From NCBI RefSeq assembly GCF_009914755.1, contig NC_060928.1: a DNA stretch of 64,000 bases. One strand, given 5' to 3'. Source of the stretch: the human T2T-CHM13v2.0 reference genome, Homo sapiens. Numbering within the stretch: position 1 is the first letter of the stretch; each line of letters opens with the position of its first letter. Position numbers and translations under genes: made by a program. Shown here in pieces: positions 15,557 through 30,882 of the stretch. The notes beneath the pieces were generated by a model. The model had not been told where the DNA came from and made no database searches. It worked only from the letters and a program-made list of their open reading frames with translations.

Positions 15557-16444
15557 TACCAGTAAGATTTTTGACGCAGGAAATTCGAGGCAAACAAAAT
15601 CATTGGAAAGTTTGAGAAGTAAAAAAATATGGAAGCTCAGAGATTATCAGGAAGCCACCTCCAGCGGTTTTATCTGTGATCACACTGAAGTAGATGGTTC
15701 TCAGCAGGGCATCCAAATCTATAGGCTTCTGCCTTCAGCAAATTGCTGACAACTAAGCATCTACTTGCTGTTGCCACTTGAGAATAATCTCTTCCAACTT
15801 TCCAAACCAATAGATAAATTTCTTGTAGAAATCTTTCCATAACCTTCCTGGCAAGAAAAACTTGCAAGTAAAGTGTTCAAGATTAATGCCTCTGCATACC
15901 GCAAAGAGTTTGCAATGGTATAAAATAGACTGAGTATCAACAAATAACATCAGGCACATCTCAACCCATTCAATTTTAATTTCCAGTATAAGCAAATGAT
16001 TAAATCTCTAAATATGTGTTTATATAACTGATCTTTTAAATAAATGTTACATGTTTTATAATCCCTAAGTTATATTTAGAATATGCTGTAATGACTCTGC
16101 AAATATCACAGGATAAACCATTTTAATTTATTTTAAAAGCACCAAACAAAATTTCTAAAGGAAACTCATGCTAAGCAATTGTTAAAATTAATCTCTGCTT
16201 GATAGAAGTCATATTAGTATATAGATTCTATACCTTATGAACTTTGGGGGCTTATGCTTTTTAAATAAAATAATTACATAGATTATAAAATGCTTCATTT
16301 TGGACATAGTAATTAATGTGCTAGTTTATGTGGGTAAAATATTATCATTTTATATAGATTTTATAGCAAGGTTTTCTCAGAGTCAATGCTATCAAGTCCA
16401 GTATGCACTTCTTAACAATGTATTCTAAGTTCTTCAGAATACAC

Positions 16445-16802
16445 CTATGGATAAAATACTACTCAGCAATACAAATGAATTAACTACTGATGCATACAAC
16501 AACATTGATCTCAGAAAGCAATATACTTAGTGAAAGAAGCCAGGCATAGAAGAGTTCTACTGTATGAGTCTATTCACATTAAACTCGGGAAAGGACTAAT
16601 TTAGTGAGACAGAAAACAGATCAGTGGTTGCCTAGGACTGGGGGTATGAAGGGGGCTGACTGGGAAGGTACAAGAAGGAAATTTTGAGGCAAAGGAGATA
16701 TCCTATATCTTGATTTTGATGGTATATAAATTTATCACAACTCACTGAAATGAACACTTCAGTGGGTGCACTTTATTTACATAACTCATATTTCAATAAA
16801 GT
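16445..16802 (+). mobile_element. L1ME/L1MD 3' UTR fragment
   Basis: TACTACTCAGCAATA...AGTGAAAGAAGCCAG...GATCAGTGGTTGCCTAGG...TCAATAAAGT. Confidence 0.85.
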
Positions 16803-16869
16803 ATAATCAGTCCACCCTATCGGTGGGTTCTGCACTCATAGAGTCAACCAATTGCAGACCAAAAATACC

Positions 16870-17207
16870 GTAGTTCCCCCTCATCTGCAGGGGAAATGTT
16901 TCAGGACCCCCAGTGGAAGCCTGAAACTGTGGATAGTACTGTGGCTTTAAATACTGTTTTTTTCCTATATAGTAAGTGGCAGGTAGCACATGTAATATGG
17001 TTGCGCCAGACAAAGGGATGATTCATGTCCCGGGCAGGACAGAACTGGATAGCATGTTTCACCAAGATACTCAGACTGGCATGCACTTTAAAACTTATAA
17101 ATTGTATAATTCTGACATTTTCCACTTAATATTTTCAGATCACTATTGATGGTTAAATTAAAACCACACAAGCATGATTAAAACCTTGGACAAACTGGGA
17201 GTCGTGT
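16870..17207 (-). mobile_element. MER44A DNA transposon nested in MER2
   Basis: GTAGTTCCCCCTCATCTGC...CAGGACCCCCAGTGG...GACAAAGGGATGATTCATGTCCCGGGC; TA-flanked. Confidence 0.8.
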
Positions 17208-17260
17208 ATTAGGGGAAAAAAACTAATAAAAATAACAATACAACAATAAAAAAAAGTATG

Positions 17261-17589
<329 letters not shown>

Positions 17590-17939
17590 TTACATTGTAT
17601 TAGGTCTCATAAGTGATCTACAGATGAATTAAAGTACATAGGAGGATTTGTGTAGGTTACATGCAAATACTGTGCCATTCCATAAAAGGGACTTGTGGAG
17701 CCATAGATTTGGTATTTCCTGGGTTCTGGAACCATTCCCTCTTGAGAGACAAACTACTTATTAAAACAAAGAAACAAGCAAACAACCAACAGAAAAAAAC
17801 TGTCAGATTGGCATGAGGTGGCAAAATTCAGTTTAATGGGGGAGGATGGACTTAGATATAACAAAAACTATAACTATACATGATTCGAGGCAAGATGACA
17901 CAGTTTTCAGGAAAGCCTTCTGTTAGAGAATATTCCTAA

Positions 17940-18329
<390 letters not shown>

Positions 18330-18509
18330 TCACTGAGACTTTTAAGAGGGAAGAGACACTGGAGTCCACATCTTTTCCTCTTATAAATGATGGCATTTCA
18401 CAACCTGAGCAGCAACTGAGTAGGGCTGGAGCACAGGTTTTTTGAGTCCTGCTGTTGGCGCTTCTTAGACCACTCCTCCAGCATTCCCCACCACTGGGAG
18501 TTAACGTAT

Positions 18510-18730
18510 AACGTGTAGCAGAAATAACAACAGGCTTTGGTGCCCTATAGACAAGGATAAGAATCCCAGCCTTGCCACATAGTAGCTTTGTGAACTTGGC
18601 TGGATTACTTGCATTCTATTTGGTTCAGTTTATTTGTTGGTAAATGAGAAAAATCCACGTGAGCATTAAATGGGGCTGCATATATGAAGCTCCTAATGCA
18701 ATGGCTGGCATATAAGAAATGTCAAATAAA
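18510..18730 (+). mobile_element. MIR SINE
   Basis: AATCCCAGCCTTGCCACATAGTAGCTTTGTGAACTTGG core, followed by GGCTGGCATATAAGAAATGTCAAATAAA. Confidence 0.75.
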
Positions 18731-19259
18731 CACTCAGTATATTAAGCTGTAGTAATAGAGGCCAGGTTTCTTATTTCCATTCTACTTAATTAACGTTCTC
18801 TGATATCACTCATGTTTTGTGAGAAAACTTACAAATCAAACAAGCTCCATCACTCCTCCCATCTTAAATGGTGATATGAGTTACCAAGAGGACTTTTTGC
18901 CACCTATTTGCATGATCCTTAAATTAGTTGTTTAAATTCATCTAAATAAGTTCACTTAGTTAAACTAAAAAGTCTAAAAATGTTCATTTTGTTAACTTAG
19001 TTCATCCAATCGAGTAATTAGATCATAATTTTAAATCCAAATTGTACATGGGACTAATTTAAAACTTTTACAAAGGAAAACTGCAACCCATTGAGCACAA
19101 AATACATTACAAAATGTTAAAACCGAAAGGACACTTAGAAATCAGATATTGAAAATGTATTGAATTTGTAGCTGATGAAATTGTTGTTCAAGTAGCTTAA
19201 AGATGTGTCTAAAGCAATTGAAATCATTAACAATGGCCCTGGAACCATAACGTGTAGCT

Positions 19260-19495
19260 CAAACATGGCCTTCAAAGTCAGGCAAGTTGTAATTCAAATT
19301 CCATCTCCATCATTAACTGTATCTGTGTGAACATGGAGAAACTGCTTCACATTTTTTAACTTTAGTTTTCTTATCAATGAAATAGAGGATAACAATAATT
19401 ACCAGATAAGATTGTCATGAAAAAATGAAAAAAAATATATATATGTATAATGTCTACATAATGGCTGGTGTATAGTAGGTACTCAAATAATGTTA
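19260..19495 (+). mobile_element. MIR SINE
   Basis: TTTAGTTTTCTTATCAATGAAATAGAGGATAACAAT...TAGTAGGTACTCAAATAATG. Confidence 0.7.
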
Positions 19496-19741
19496 AGGCA
19501 CTTTGATACCTAGTGCTTTTCAGACCATGCCACCATGACATAAATAGAAACCATTGGCTTCCCAGAATCCCCTGTGCTCGCTCAGATAGTCATTTTATAC
19601 TATGATTTTCATGACCATATTGATTGGATCAGGAGTACATATAAGAGCCACTCATATTTGCATCCTTCAGAATTTGAACCACAAGAATGAACAGAAAAAC
19701 CAGGCAGAAAAATCACACATGAAGTGTGAGTTCATGGGAAT

Positions 19742-20189
19742 TGTGCCAGGCTTAACAACAACACTTCAAAGATCCCCACATCCTAATCTATGCCACCTGT
19801 GAGTATACCTCCTTCCATAGCAAAAAGAACTTTTCATATATAATTAAATTAAGTGTCTTGAGATGGGGAGAGCAATTTGTATTTTTCAGATGGCCCAAAG
19901 GTGTTTCTAAATGAGAGGCAGGCGGCTCAGAGTGGTAGCAGGAGACGTAGTAATGAACCCAAGAGGTTGGAGTGATGTGAAAGGGGGTCATGAGCCAAGA
20001 AGCATTGGTGGCCTGTAGAAGCTGAAAAGGGCAAGGAAAGGAATTCTTCCCTAGAGCCTCCAGAAGGAATGCAGTCCTGCTGACACCTTGATTTTAGACT
20101 TTGACCTCCAGAACTGGAAGATAACTAATTTGTACTGTTTTAAGCCACTGTGTTATAATTTGTTGTAGCAAAAATATGAAACTAATGCA
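19742..20189 (+). mobile_element. MLT1D MaLR solo LTR
   Basis: CAAAGATCCCCACATCCTAATC...TAGAAGCTGAAAAGGGCAAGGAAA...CCCTAGAGCCTCCAGAAGGAATGCAG...AAACTAATGCA. Confidence 0.88.
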
Positions 20190-21055
20190 AGAATGTTAGA
20201 TAACTTGAATGAAGGTCCCCAGATCCTTTCTGCAGGAGGTACCTGGTGTCACGTTGAATCTAAGATCACATTTCTGATCCAATTTCCTTGAGGGCCCTCA
20301 TTATAATGGCCCTCTATTCTTAAGTTTCCTTGAGGTCACGACCTTTCCACCACCCCACCCAATAGTTTGAGAGAGGTAGGAGGTCTCTCTCCTCTCCTAT
20401 CAGACAACTGGTAAATAACACCCATATTGCCTTTAGCCATTCATTCATTAAATATGTGATGTTGATTACAAGGGTCTAGCTGAGCTAGCCAAAGAATGAC
20501 CTAGGGCAAGCTTATTATTGGTAATGCAATAAACATAAAGTTCTGTATCTTAAATTGCAGCTAGAAATAGAAAGGGAATATAAATACATGTATATTTCCA
20601 GCCTCAGAAGCACACTTAAATATATAGGCCACTTAGAAAGGAAAGGGTAAAATAATTTGTTTAGAAAAGTGATATTTAAAATGAACACATTCTAAATCAT
20701 TCTTGGAGGCGAAAATTATTTGCAACAACAACTACCTTCTAGGAAGAACTGTTCAATGGATTGTAGTATGTATTTTTGGCTGCCTTGCAAGTATCTGAGT
20801 GAGCTGAATGTTTTCTTCAGACTGATGATTTTGAGATGTGGAGCACTGCAGGTTGAATACTTTAGTGATAATGAAACATGCAATTCAAATACACCCTTGT
20901 GATGGCTATAATTACAAAGAAATGGTTTACAGAGAAGGCTATATTTGAAAAGTAGATTTCGAGATTTTCTTGTAACTTTAAATGTTAAGATGAATAGAAG
21001 ACAGAATCACGTTCTTCGGTTTTCAAGTGATGGTAGATGACAATACTTGAACGGA

Positions 21056-21385
21056 TAGTCTTGCCTCACTTAACGAAAGGGATACATTCTGAGAAATGTG
21101 TCAGGTGATTTCATCGTTATGTAAACACCATGGAGTGTGCTTATCCAAACCTAGATGGTACAGTCTACTAGGCATCTAGGTCATGGGGTTTACCCTACTG
21201 TTCCTAGGCTATAAACTTGTCAAGCATGTTACTGTACTGAATACTATAGGCAACTGAAACACAATGGTAAGTATTTTTCTATCTAAATACAGAAAATGTA
21301 CGGAAAAATATGCTATTATAATCTTGTAGGACTACTGTCCTCTTATATGTGGTTGTTGATGGAATTGTTAGGTGGCACATGACTG
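21056..21385 (-). mobile_element. Tigger3a (MER7A) DNA transposon
   Basis: GGGATACATTCTGAGAAATGTGTC...AAACCTAGATGGTA...GTGGCACATGACTG; both termini recognisable. Confidence 0.85.
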
Positions 21386-21569
21386 TACTTGTTTCCAGGC
21401 ACTCTGAACTTGCTAACTTTGTCCCGAAGATGCACTGGCATTAAAGAGCAATGGAAAAATATGAGGAGTTAAAATCTCGTAGAAGCAGGTACAATTGTAT
21501 GAAAAGGTCATTTTCTTGATGGATTACATCACAAGGATTTTAAATACTTATTCAGCATCGCCATCGAGC

Positions 21570-21735
21570 ACAGTTCCTCAGCCTTGGCTGCAGACTGAGG
21601 GGAATCACCTGAGGTGCTTTCAAAATGTAGGGACACCTGACTTCTACCACCAGAAGCTGATTTAACTGGTTTCAGGTGTGGCCTGCGTATGTTTTAAAGC
21701 TTCTTGCACCCAGATAATGGTAACATTCAGCCTGG
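21570..21735. mobile_element. MER5A-like hAT-Charlie MITE
   Basis: CTCAGCCTTGGCTGCA...GAATCACCTGAGGTGCTTTCAAAA...TTTTAAAGCTTC. Confidence 0.65.
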
Positions 21736-22242
21736 CCTGGCCTGCCCACCTGCTTGCTTTTGGATCCATCCTCACTCTATGGCTACGGATCTCTTAACTG
21801 AAACTAACTTTTGGCTGTCTAAGCCTTAGCAGGTCTGATTGTCAACATGGCATTACTTCTGCTATGAAAGACAAGCAATGACCCAGCTAAAGCCCAACAC
21901 ACTGGGAATAGCTGTCACAGTGATCTCAAATTAAATATTATCAAAACATCCAGGACCCCTGCCACCAATTTTTCTCTCCTCATAACAAGATATTTTAATA
22001 ACTCTGATCCATATGTGGGTGGGTGGGTAGCAGTAGCTACTTGGATAGCATCTTGGCATTACAAAGGCAGTCATTTATCCTAAGAAATCTTAATTCAGCT
22101 ATTGTCTCTTATTTACCTTGGTCTTGAACTTGTACTAAAATCTAGAGACATGCTGTTGAAAGAAGTAACCTAACTCAATCAGCTGACAAGGAAAGGAATA
22201 TATTCTGCAGACCTATGGACATTAAAAGTTACTCTGCTTTAA

Positions 22243-22578
<336 letters not shown>

Positions 22579-22795
22579 TTTCTCTGATTTTATAACCTTA
22601 TTTCTTATAATATTAATTTAGTAATCTAACATAAATACACTTTTTAAATGACAGGGATTACTGTTACCACTTTCATCTGTTCTCTAGTCTGTGGCTTGCC
22701 CTTTACTAACCTCAAAGTTGAGTGTCATATAGGGATCTGGGTTGGAGGATTTTGTTTCTTATCGTGGAGAGACTCATTTTCTAGAGGATGAATAA

Positions 22796-23209
<414 letters not shown>

Positions 23210-23854
23210 TGTTCGGGCTGTTTTTTACCTGGCAAGATGTTCTGGCATTGTCAGAACCAGGACAAGCTGGCTGTGTGTTTTGCAGTCTCTTCTCTTATTC
23301 CAACTATGTAAATATATAACGTTAGAACACAAACATACACACAAGCTGTGGTCAAAGAGAAAGATTTCTCAAAGGAGCTGCATCTGTGAGGAATTCTCGA
23401 GAGAGTGTAAGTAGGTGAGGGTTTACTGAAGAATAACATGGCAGCATGAGATCCTGCAGGAGAGAAAATCACAGAAGATGGTGGTCATATTATAGGAGAT
23501 ATATGCCTGGAAGTGGTGGATCCTAGAAGCAGGGGAGGCCTCGGAGCACCTGCCAGGGAGATTAGTTTAGGCATTGCAGTGGACCCAGTCAAACTGCTGG
23601 CTCCCTGCACACTCCCTGCGTCACTGTGAGCCACGGCACTGGAGACATGACATCCAATAAAAGTGGGAGCAGTCCTGAGCACAGGGAGGCTGATAAGCCT
23701 TCATAACCTCATAGCAGATAGTCTTAAGCTATCTCAATGAGACTAGTTTTTAGGAGCAAATAATCAAAGTGGATATAGCAGACAATTTGTGTAGAAGCAT
23801 GTAATTGCTGAAAATCAAGAACTAGAAGCAATAAGAACTCCCCACCCCAAAAAG

Positions 23855-24410
23855 TGAGAAAAGAATCTGAATTGGCAATTCACTGAGAGAAAATAAAAAT
23901 GGCCAATTCATATGAAGCAATTCTCAGCATAACCACACATTTAGAAACTGAAATTTACAAAGAAATTTTTTTTTGGCAAAAGTAAATGTCTGATAATGTC
24001 AGTGGTGGCGAGGATAAGGCTAAGGTGTCATATATTACCAACAGGGAGAAAATAGTTGTGGACACTAAATAAAAATGAGCAAAATCTAGTGAAATTAAAA
24101 ATATACAATCTATGATTCAGCTACTTTAATTCCACATGTAAAATTTTGAAAATATTAATTACGGTAAATAAAATGGCATTACAAAGATGTTTATTGCACC
24201 AGTACCATAACAGCAGATAAGTGAAGAAATGTTATATATCTATGAAAAGCACCAGAGTAATGTCACACAACCATAAAATGAAAATTATCATCAGTTAAAA
24301 GAATGAATTATACCTACGGTCATCAATATGAATACAGCAAAATATAAATTTTTGAGTGAAAAAGCAAGGTAAAATTGAATACTTTGAGCATTACACTATT
24401 TATGTGAATA
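23855..24410 (+). mobile_element. L1ME-like 3' fragment
   Basis: AAATGGCCAATTCATATGAAG, ACAAAGATGTTTATTGCA, TTGAGTGAAAAAGCAAG. Confidence 0.65.
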
Positions 24411-24484
24411 TTATGGCACAAGACATTAACAAAATTATATACACACATATTAGTTGCCTACATTCCTCTTAAACGTTGTCAGTC

Positions 24485-24745
24485 TACTTCCTTTCATAAC
24501 AAAAGTTGTCAGAAGAATTGCCTGTACTTGTTTTCTTTTTCCTATTTTCTTCTTTAACTCACTCGTGCAAGGCTTTGTTCCCACCTCTCCACTGAAACCA
24601 CAAAACCAATGTTGTCTGTGACCCCTACCTTGTCAAATACACGGATTGTGTCATAGTCCTTGACTTTAGTGACTCACTGCCTCTTTCTTGAACTCATTTC
24701 ACTGCTTGCTTTCCAACATACCACACTTTTGTTTTCCCAAACTTC
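24485..24745 (+). mobile_element. L2 LINE fragment
   Basis: GGCTTTGTTCCCACCTCTCCACTGAAACC...TTGCTTTCCAACATACCACACT. Confidence 0.65.
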
Positions 24746-26710
24746 AATTTGTTTCTAGTTTGAATAAATTAAAATTGAGTTTAAGAAAAGGAAGTTAGAA
24801 CTTACTTCCTGTAAGTCTATTTATCTTTTTCTATCATTTTACATACTACGTAGAAGCTGATGGCACTAAATATCTTCAGAACAAACTTCTCCCCCTGAAA
24901 TCCAGGCTTAGTTAATTAAGTCACTTTTCACTATATCTGCTTCCACTACCTCCTTGGAAGGTATTATAATTTTTCACCTGAATACTGCAGGTCTAAAAAT
25001 ACGTCCTCATAGGCTCTACTTTTATACAATGACAGTCTATTCTTTATAAATCAGACTGGATACACTTACAGAATTCCTGATATAAGCTTCATATTTTTGA
25101 GTGAAATGTGGGTTGTAAGTCTTAGCATTGACTGATCAAGGGAGAATTAGCCCTAAATTAATGAATTATAATAACTAAATTTTTATACCTTCTTTTTCAC
25201 TTGTGACATGATACCTGAATTATTCAGAGTGCCTACAAATCTTGGGTACTCATTTCGAGGAAAGACATGACCTTATATTCCACTTGCCAGAGAGGGGTTA
25301 AATCATCATCTTGAGGTTACAGCAATCTATAGATTCTATACATATTTTAGTGGCAGATTTCAGTGCTTGCTTTATATATATTTTAGCAGCAGTTTTCAGT
25401 GAGTGGCAGATTTCAGCAAGTGCCAAAATCTCACTGGGACAAACCCTTCAGAAAATAGAAGAGAATACTGCTGTCTGGGACTAGGTGAATACAGATCTGT
25501 TTTTAATTTTCAGGCTTCCTTGTGAAAATTTAATGTTTAAAACACCTAAGCCAGGTTAAAAGTTCTAATAGTTCTGACTGCTGGTAGAACGGACATAATT
25601 CTTCATTGCGAGGTGTCCTTGACAGAACGCCTCTTGTTATTATAGAGATACAGGCCTTATGAAGATTCTTTCCTTCATGGTTACCTCTCTTCCTCTGTTT
25701 TCATTTGTTTGTTTGACCAAGTCCTACGCTGTGCATACTCCAGAATCACACACACACTGTGTCACTTGTCAATCCTGCCGTCCCTGATTTCAGTTGATGA
25801 TTTTTGTCTATTACTAATGTAGATTATCTGATTCTACCATCACTCTATTAGCTGCTAATGGCCTAATTCAATTGTTATCTATAATCTGTTATTTTTCTTA
25901 AGAAATTAGGTCTATGATTGAATTTTTCATAATTTTTCTCTGCAGCAAACTTCGTTTGGAACATCTGGGAGTGAAAACTCAAAAGTAGTAATATTCTTGA
26001 TATGGACAGGGTAGTATAGTGAAAGTGGCGGTGATTATCCTCATTTAAAAAGTGAGTCTATTTTACATTTTAATTGTGGTGATGAACATATTTCAAGGAG
26101 ATACTAGCTTATACTTAGGAGAATGCTCTCAGTGCCAACAGACAATGAGGGATCAATTTATCATTAACTGATTAGACGAGACTTATTTTGGCAATTGGAA
26201 AGAGAAGGCAAATATATCCAGAATGTTCAGAGAATTTCGTTTTTTATTCCACTTTCCATAGTCACTTGTATCCAGAGCTTATATTTTATTTTTGAGTTGA
26301 ATAAAATAACATTCATAATGTTATGGCATGATGTGTTTTGGTACATTCAGCAAGTGCCACAATCTCACTGGGACAAACCCCCATACCATTCATAATCGCC
26401 AATAGTTACAATAATCACTGTTTAGCTTTGTATTATGTACTATAACTTTTACCAGGCAATAATAGTCACTTGAAATAACCATATTCAACTTAAAGGAAAT
26501 TTAAGAGTTAAAAATATCTATGTGATTATCAAAGAAAATGTAAAAAGCTGAACATAGAACTGTTTCTAGTAATATGGTAGATAAGCTACCTAGAAGCTTG
26601 GCTTATACACCACAAAACATTTAGGAGACTTGTATAAGAAAACTCCCAGTATTTTTTTTTTTTTTTAAAGGAAGCTAGAAACCAGAGCTTTCAGCTGAGG
26701 CTGTGAATGC

Positions 26711-27266
26711 TGTAAGCTACACGGATGTGCTTTGGTCAAGGAATGGGCCGAGGCAGACATCCCGGCCTGCATGACTCAGCGGGACTGGTGCACAGGCACA
26801 CACCTCTACTTGTTATATAACCTGTTTCTGTAAGCTCATACTTGGCTCTATGCCCCTATTGTTTGTAAAAGGTATAACTGCCCTGCTGATGCTGTGCAGG
26901 GGCTCTTGGGCGTGGCTTGGCTCGGCTTGGCATAACATGGCTCAACATGGCGCTGGTGCCCAGAGAACGAGAGAGCGAGCCAAAGCTGTCCGTCTTGAAG
27001 GCGGGCAGGGGGAAGCCAGGAACCAGGAAAGAGTTAAGCTTCTGACCCGGAAGAAAAGGGAGAGCTGGCCGCGCAGCTGTGCGTGGAAATGGCCGGCTCA
27101 AGCAGCCGAGACAGAGCAGAGTGTGAGAGAGCTAATGGAAGTAAGCTGCTGAAGAAACCGTATTCACCTGCCTATGGCCCGTGAGTGTTCTTGAAGCTAT
27201 CTGGCGTTCATCCACCCACTCCCCTCGGACCTCAGCATGGGCTGGAACCTCACCCTAGACCTAACA
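26711..27266 (+). mobile_element. LTR18B-like (HERVL18) solo LTR
   Basis: TGTAAGCTACACGGATGTGCTTTGGTCAAGGAAT...ATGACTCAGC...GTTATATAACC...CCTAACA; TG..CA ends; TSD AATGC/GATGC. Confidence 0.88.
26772..26821 (+). promoter_or_regulatory. AP-1 site (TGACTCA, 26772-26778) and bZIP-like palindrome (GTTATATAAC, 26812-26821) inside the LTR18
   Basis: Motifs read directly from the sequence; activity is not shown. Confidence 0.45.
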
Positions 27267-27544
27267 GATGCTCTCATGAGCACTCTTCAAACTCAGAAAT
27301 TTCCCTTACGTCATCACGAGCCGAAGATTTCTAATTAAAGTATGTCAAGATGAAGTGGACTTAATTGACATCTGCCTTTTAAAGTATAATTCGTTCTTTT
27401 CTTGAAACTCGGATCTCTAAGTAGTAGAATATTTAGTAAATATAACTCCCATCCTTATTCTAGGCGATTTGGGAAATAAAATATTAGATGTGAAGCTTAA
27501 TACAACGTTTGAAAATATTATAAACACTTTGTTTTAGTCTATTA

Positions 27545-28345
<801 letters not shown>

Positions 28346-30499
28346 AGTTTACTCTTCCTCTGGTACTCCCAGAACCAAAAATGTCCAAAACCTAAACTTC
28401 ATATGTCATCTCATTTTATTTGCTATTTGGTGAGTAGCTTTACCAAGTTGTCATTCTTTGAGAGCTCTAGGATCAACGGATTCTTCTCCCTGCCTTTGAG
28501 CTTTTAACAGATTCTTTAACGTCCGCTGAACTGTTAATACACTGCAAATGGCATTGGATAAAGGGAATGGGTTGTAGCTTGCTTCTGCCAGTAGTTACTA
28601 TCAGTTATAATTGTAGACAATAAATCCAATTTCTTTAAACTCCAAATTTCTTGTTTGAAAAAATTCTATGCAAGATTCAATCAATTTTTTAGACTCTAGA
28701 TCCTCTTGGATCCAAACAAGTTCCCTCGGTTCTTTCAAAGTCACTGAATTTGATTGCCATATATTTATAGAGTTCATGGCTTGTAAATATAACTTTTGGA
28801 AAATACTCAAAATTTTAGATTATTATAATTGCAGATCCTTTTTCACCCCACTAACATCTCCTTTCTCCCGATTGTATGCATTGTCATCGAACCTTCGTGG
28901 TCACTTAATAAGTTTAAACAATTTTGGATATTTCCAAAAGCCCGTTTTGTTTTACCTTCAATTTGAAAATCAAACAAAATACTAACTTAGACTCAAACAT
29001 GTAATCCCTTTCAAAGGTGTAGATTTGTTTTTCTGTTTTTTAGCTCCTAATGAAACTGATAAAATATTTATTTTATCTAATATAACTAGAGAGAATATTG
29101 GTCATTGGTATTTGCATCCCTTCCTACTGTTCATCTTCAGTATGTTACAAATTTTAACAAATATCTTAAACAATGGCCTATGAGTTTATGTATTTTCATT
29201 AGTTATAAAATATAACTGACATAAAATAAGCTGCATGTACTTAAGGCATGTAAAGTGATAAGATTTGATACGTGTATACACCCATAAAACCATCACCATA
29301 ATCAAGAGTGAGTACATCCATAATCCCCAAAGATTTCCCGTGCCCCTTTCTTATATCTTTTCTTCCCCCACCCATGTCCAGGGCTACCACTGATCTGCTT
29401 CTTTCTCTATAGATTAGTTGTGTTTTCTCAACATTTGCATAAATCAAGCCACGAAGTATGGCTTCTTTCAGTTAGCATAATTATTTTGCAATTCATACAT
29501 GCTCTTGTGTTTCAATAGTTCAATATTTCTCACTATTAAGCAGTCTTCCATGATAGGTATATACTAAAATTTGTTAATCCATTTAATGATGGGCAGTTGT
29601 GTTGTTTCCTGTTTCTGATTATTACATATAAATCTGCTATGGCCATGTGTATACCAATTTGTATATGGATGCATGCTTTTTTTCCTCTTGGGTAAATACC
29701 TAGGAGTAGAATGTCTCCATCATATGATAGGTAGATGTTTAAATTTAAGAAGCTTACGTTGTCTTACAAAATGGTTGTAGTTGTTTACATTGCTGCCACC
29801 AATCTTTCAGTTTCAGTTGTTCTGTGTTCTTGACAGCACTTGGTATTGTCAGTCTTTTAAAATTAGACAATCTAATAGATGTTTATTGATATAGCATGTG
29901 GATTTAATTTGCATTAGCCTAATGATTAATATGTTAAGCATCTTTTCTATGTATTTATTTGCCATTTGTATGTTTTCTTGGGTGAAATATCTGTTCAAAT
30001 AGTCTGTCGACTTTTATATTGAGTTGTTTTTTAAAAAATTATTGGTCTGAGCATGCTTTATATTTTTTTAGATACAAGTCCTTTGTTAATGATTTGCCTC
30101 AATTTTCTGCTAGGCTGTGGTTTGCCTTTTTTACCTGTTTAGCAGTGTATTCTGAGGATCAAAAAAATTTAAAAATTGAATGTAGCTAAGTTAACCATAT
30201 ATTCCTTATTTGATTATGTTTTAGACTCATATTTTTAACAAACCTCTGTAAACCAATTTTCACAAATATTTCCCACATTTCTTGAGCAACTTTTCGTATA
30301 TTTTACATGATATAGAACAAAGTTCATTTTTTTCTCCATATGGACTTACCATTTTCCTAGTGCTGTTCATTGAACACAATCCTCCTACCACTGAATTGCT
30401 TTGACAAAAATTGTATTTGTGGGTCAATTTCTGGGCCCCCTATTCTGTTTTATTGATGTACTTTTCTATGTTGATGCCAATTAAATCAGTCTTGATTAC

Positions 30500-30882
30500 T
30501 GATGTGGTTTGGCTGTGTCCTCACCCAAACTCTCATCTTGAATTGTAATCACCGTAATCCCCATGAGCCCCACCTGTCAAGGCAGAGACCAGGTGGAGGT
30601 AATTGAATCATGGGGGTGGTTTTCTCAATGCTGTCCTCCTGATGGTGAGTGAGTTCTCACGAGATCTGATGGTTTTGTGTTTGGTAGTTCCTCCCGAGTT
30701 CATTCTGCTTCCTGCCACACTGTGAAAAAGGTGCCTTTCTTCTGGTTTGCCTTCTACCATGACTGCAAGTTTCCTGAGGCCTCCCCAGCCATGCAGAACT
30801 GTGAGTCAATTAAACCTCTTTCCTTTATAAATTACCCAGTTTCGGGCAGTTCTTTATAACAGTGTAAAAATTGACTAATACA
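30500..30882 (+). mobile_element. THE1D MaLR solo LTR
   Basis: TGATGTGGTTTGGCTGTGTCC...GGGCAGTTCTTTATAAC...GACTAATACA; perfect TSD ATTAC. Confidence 0.93.

Noticed and set aside
26850-27152. Overlapping 100-aa and 81-aa ORFs in a GC-rich stretch, possible exon or CpG island
   Set aside because: Entirely within the LTR18; GC richness explains the lack of stops.
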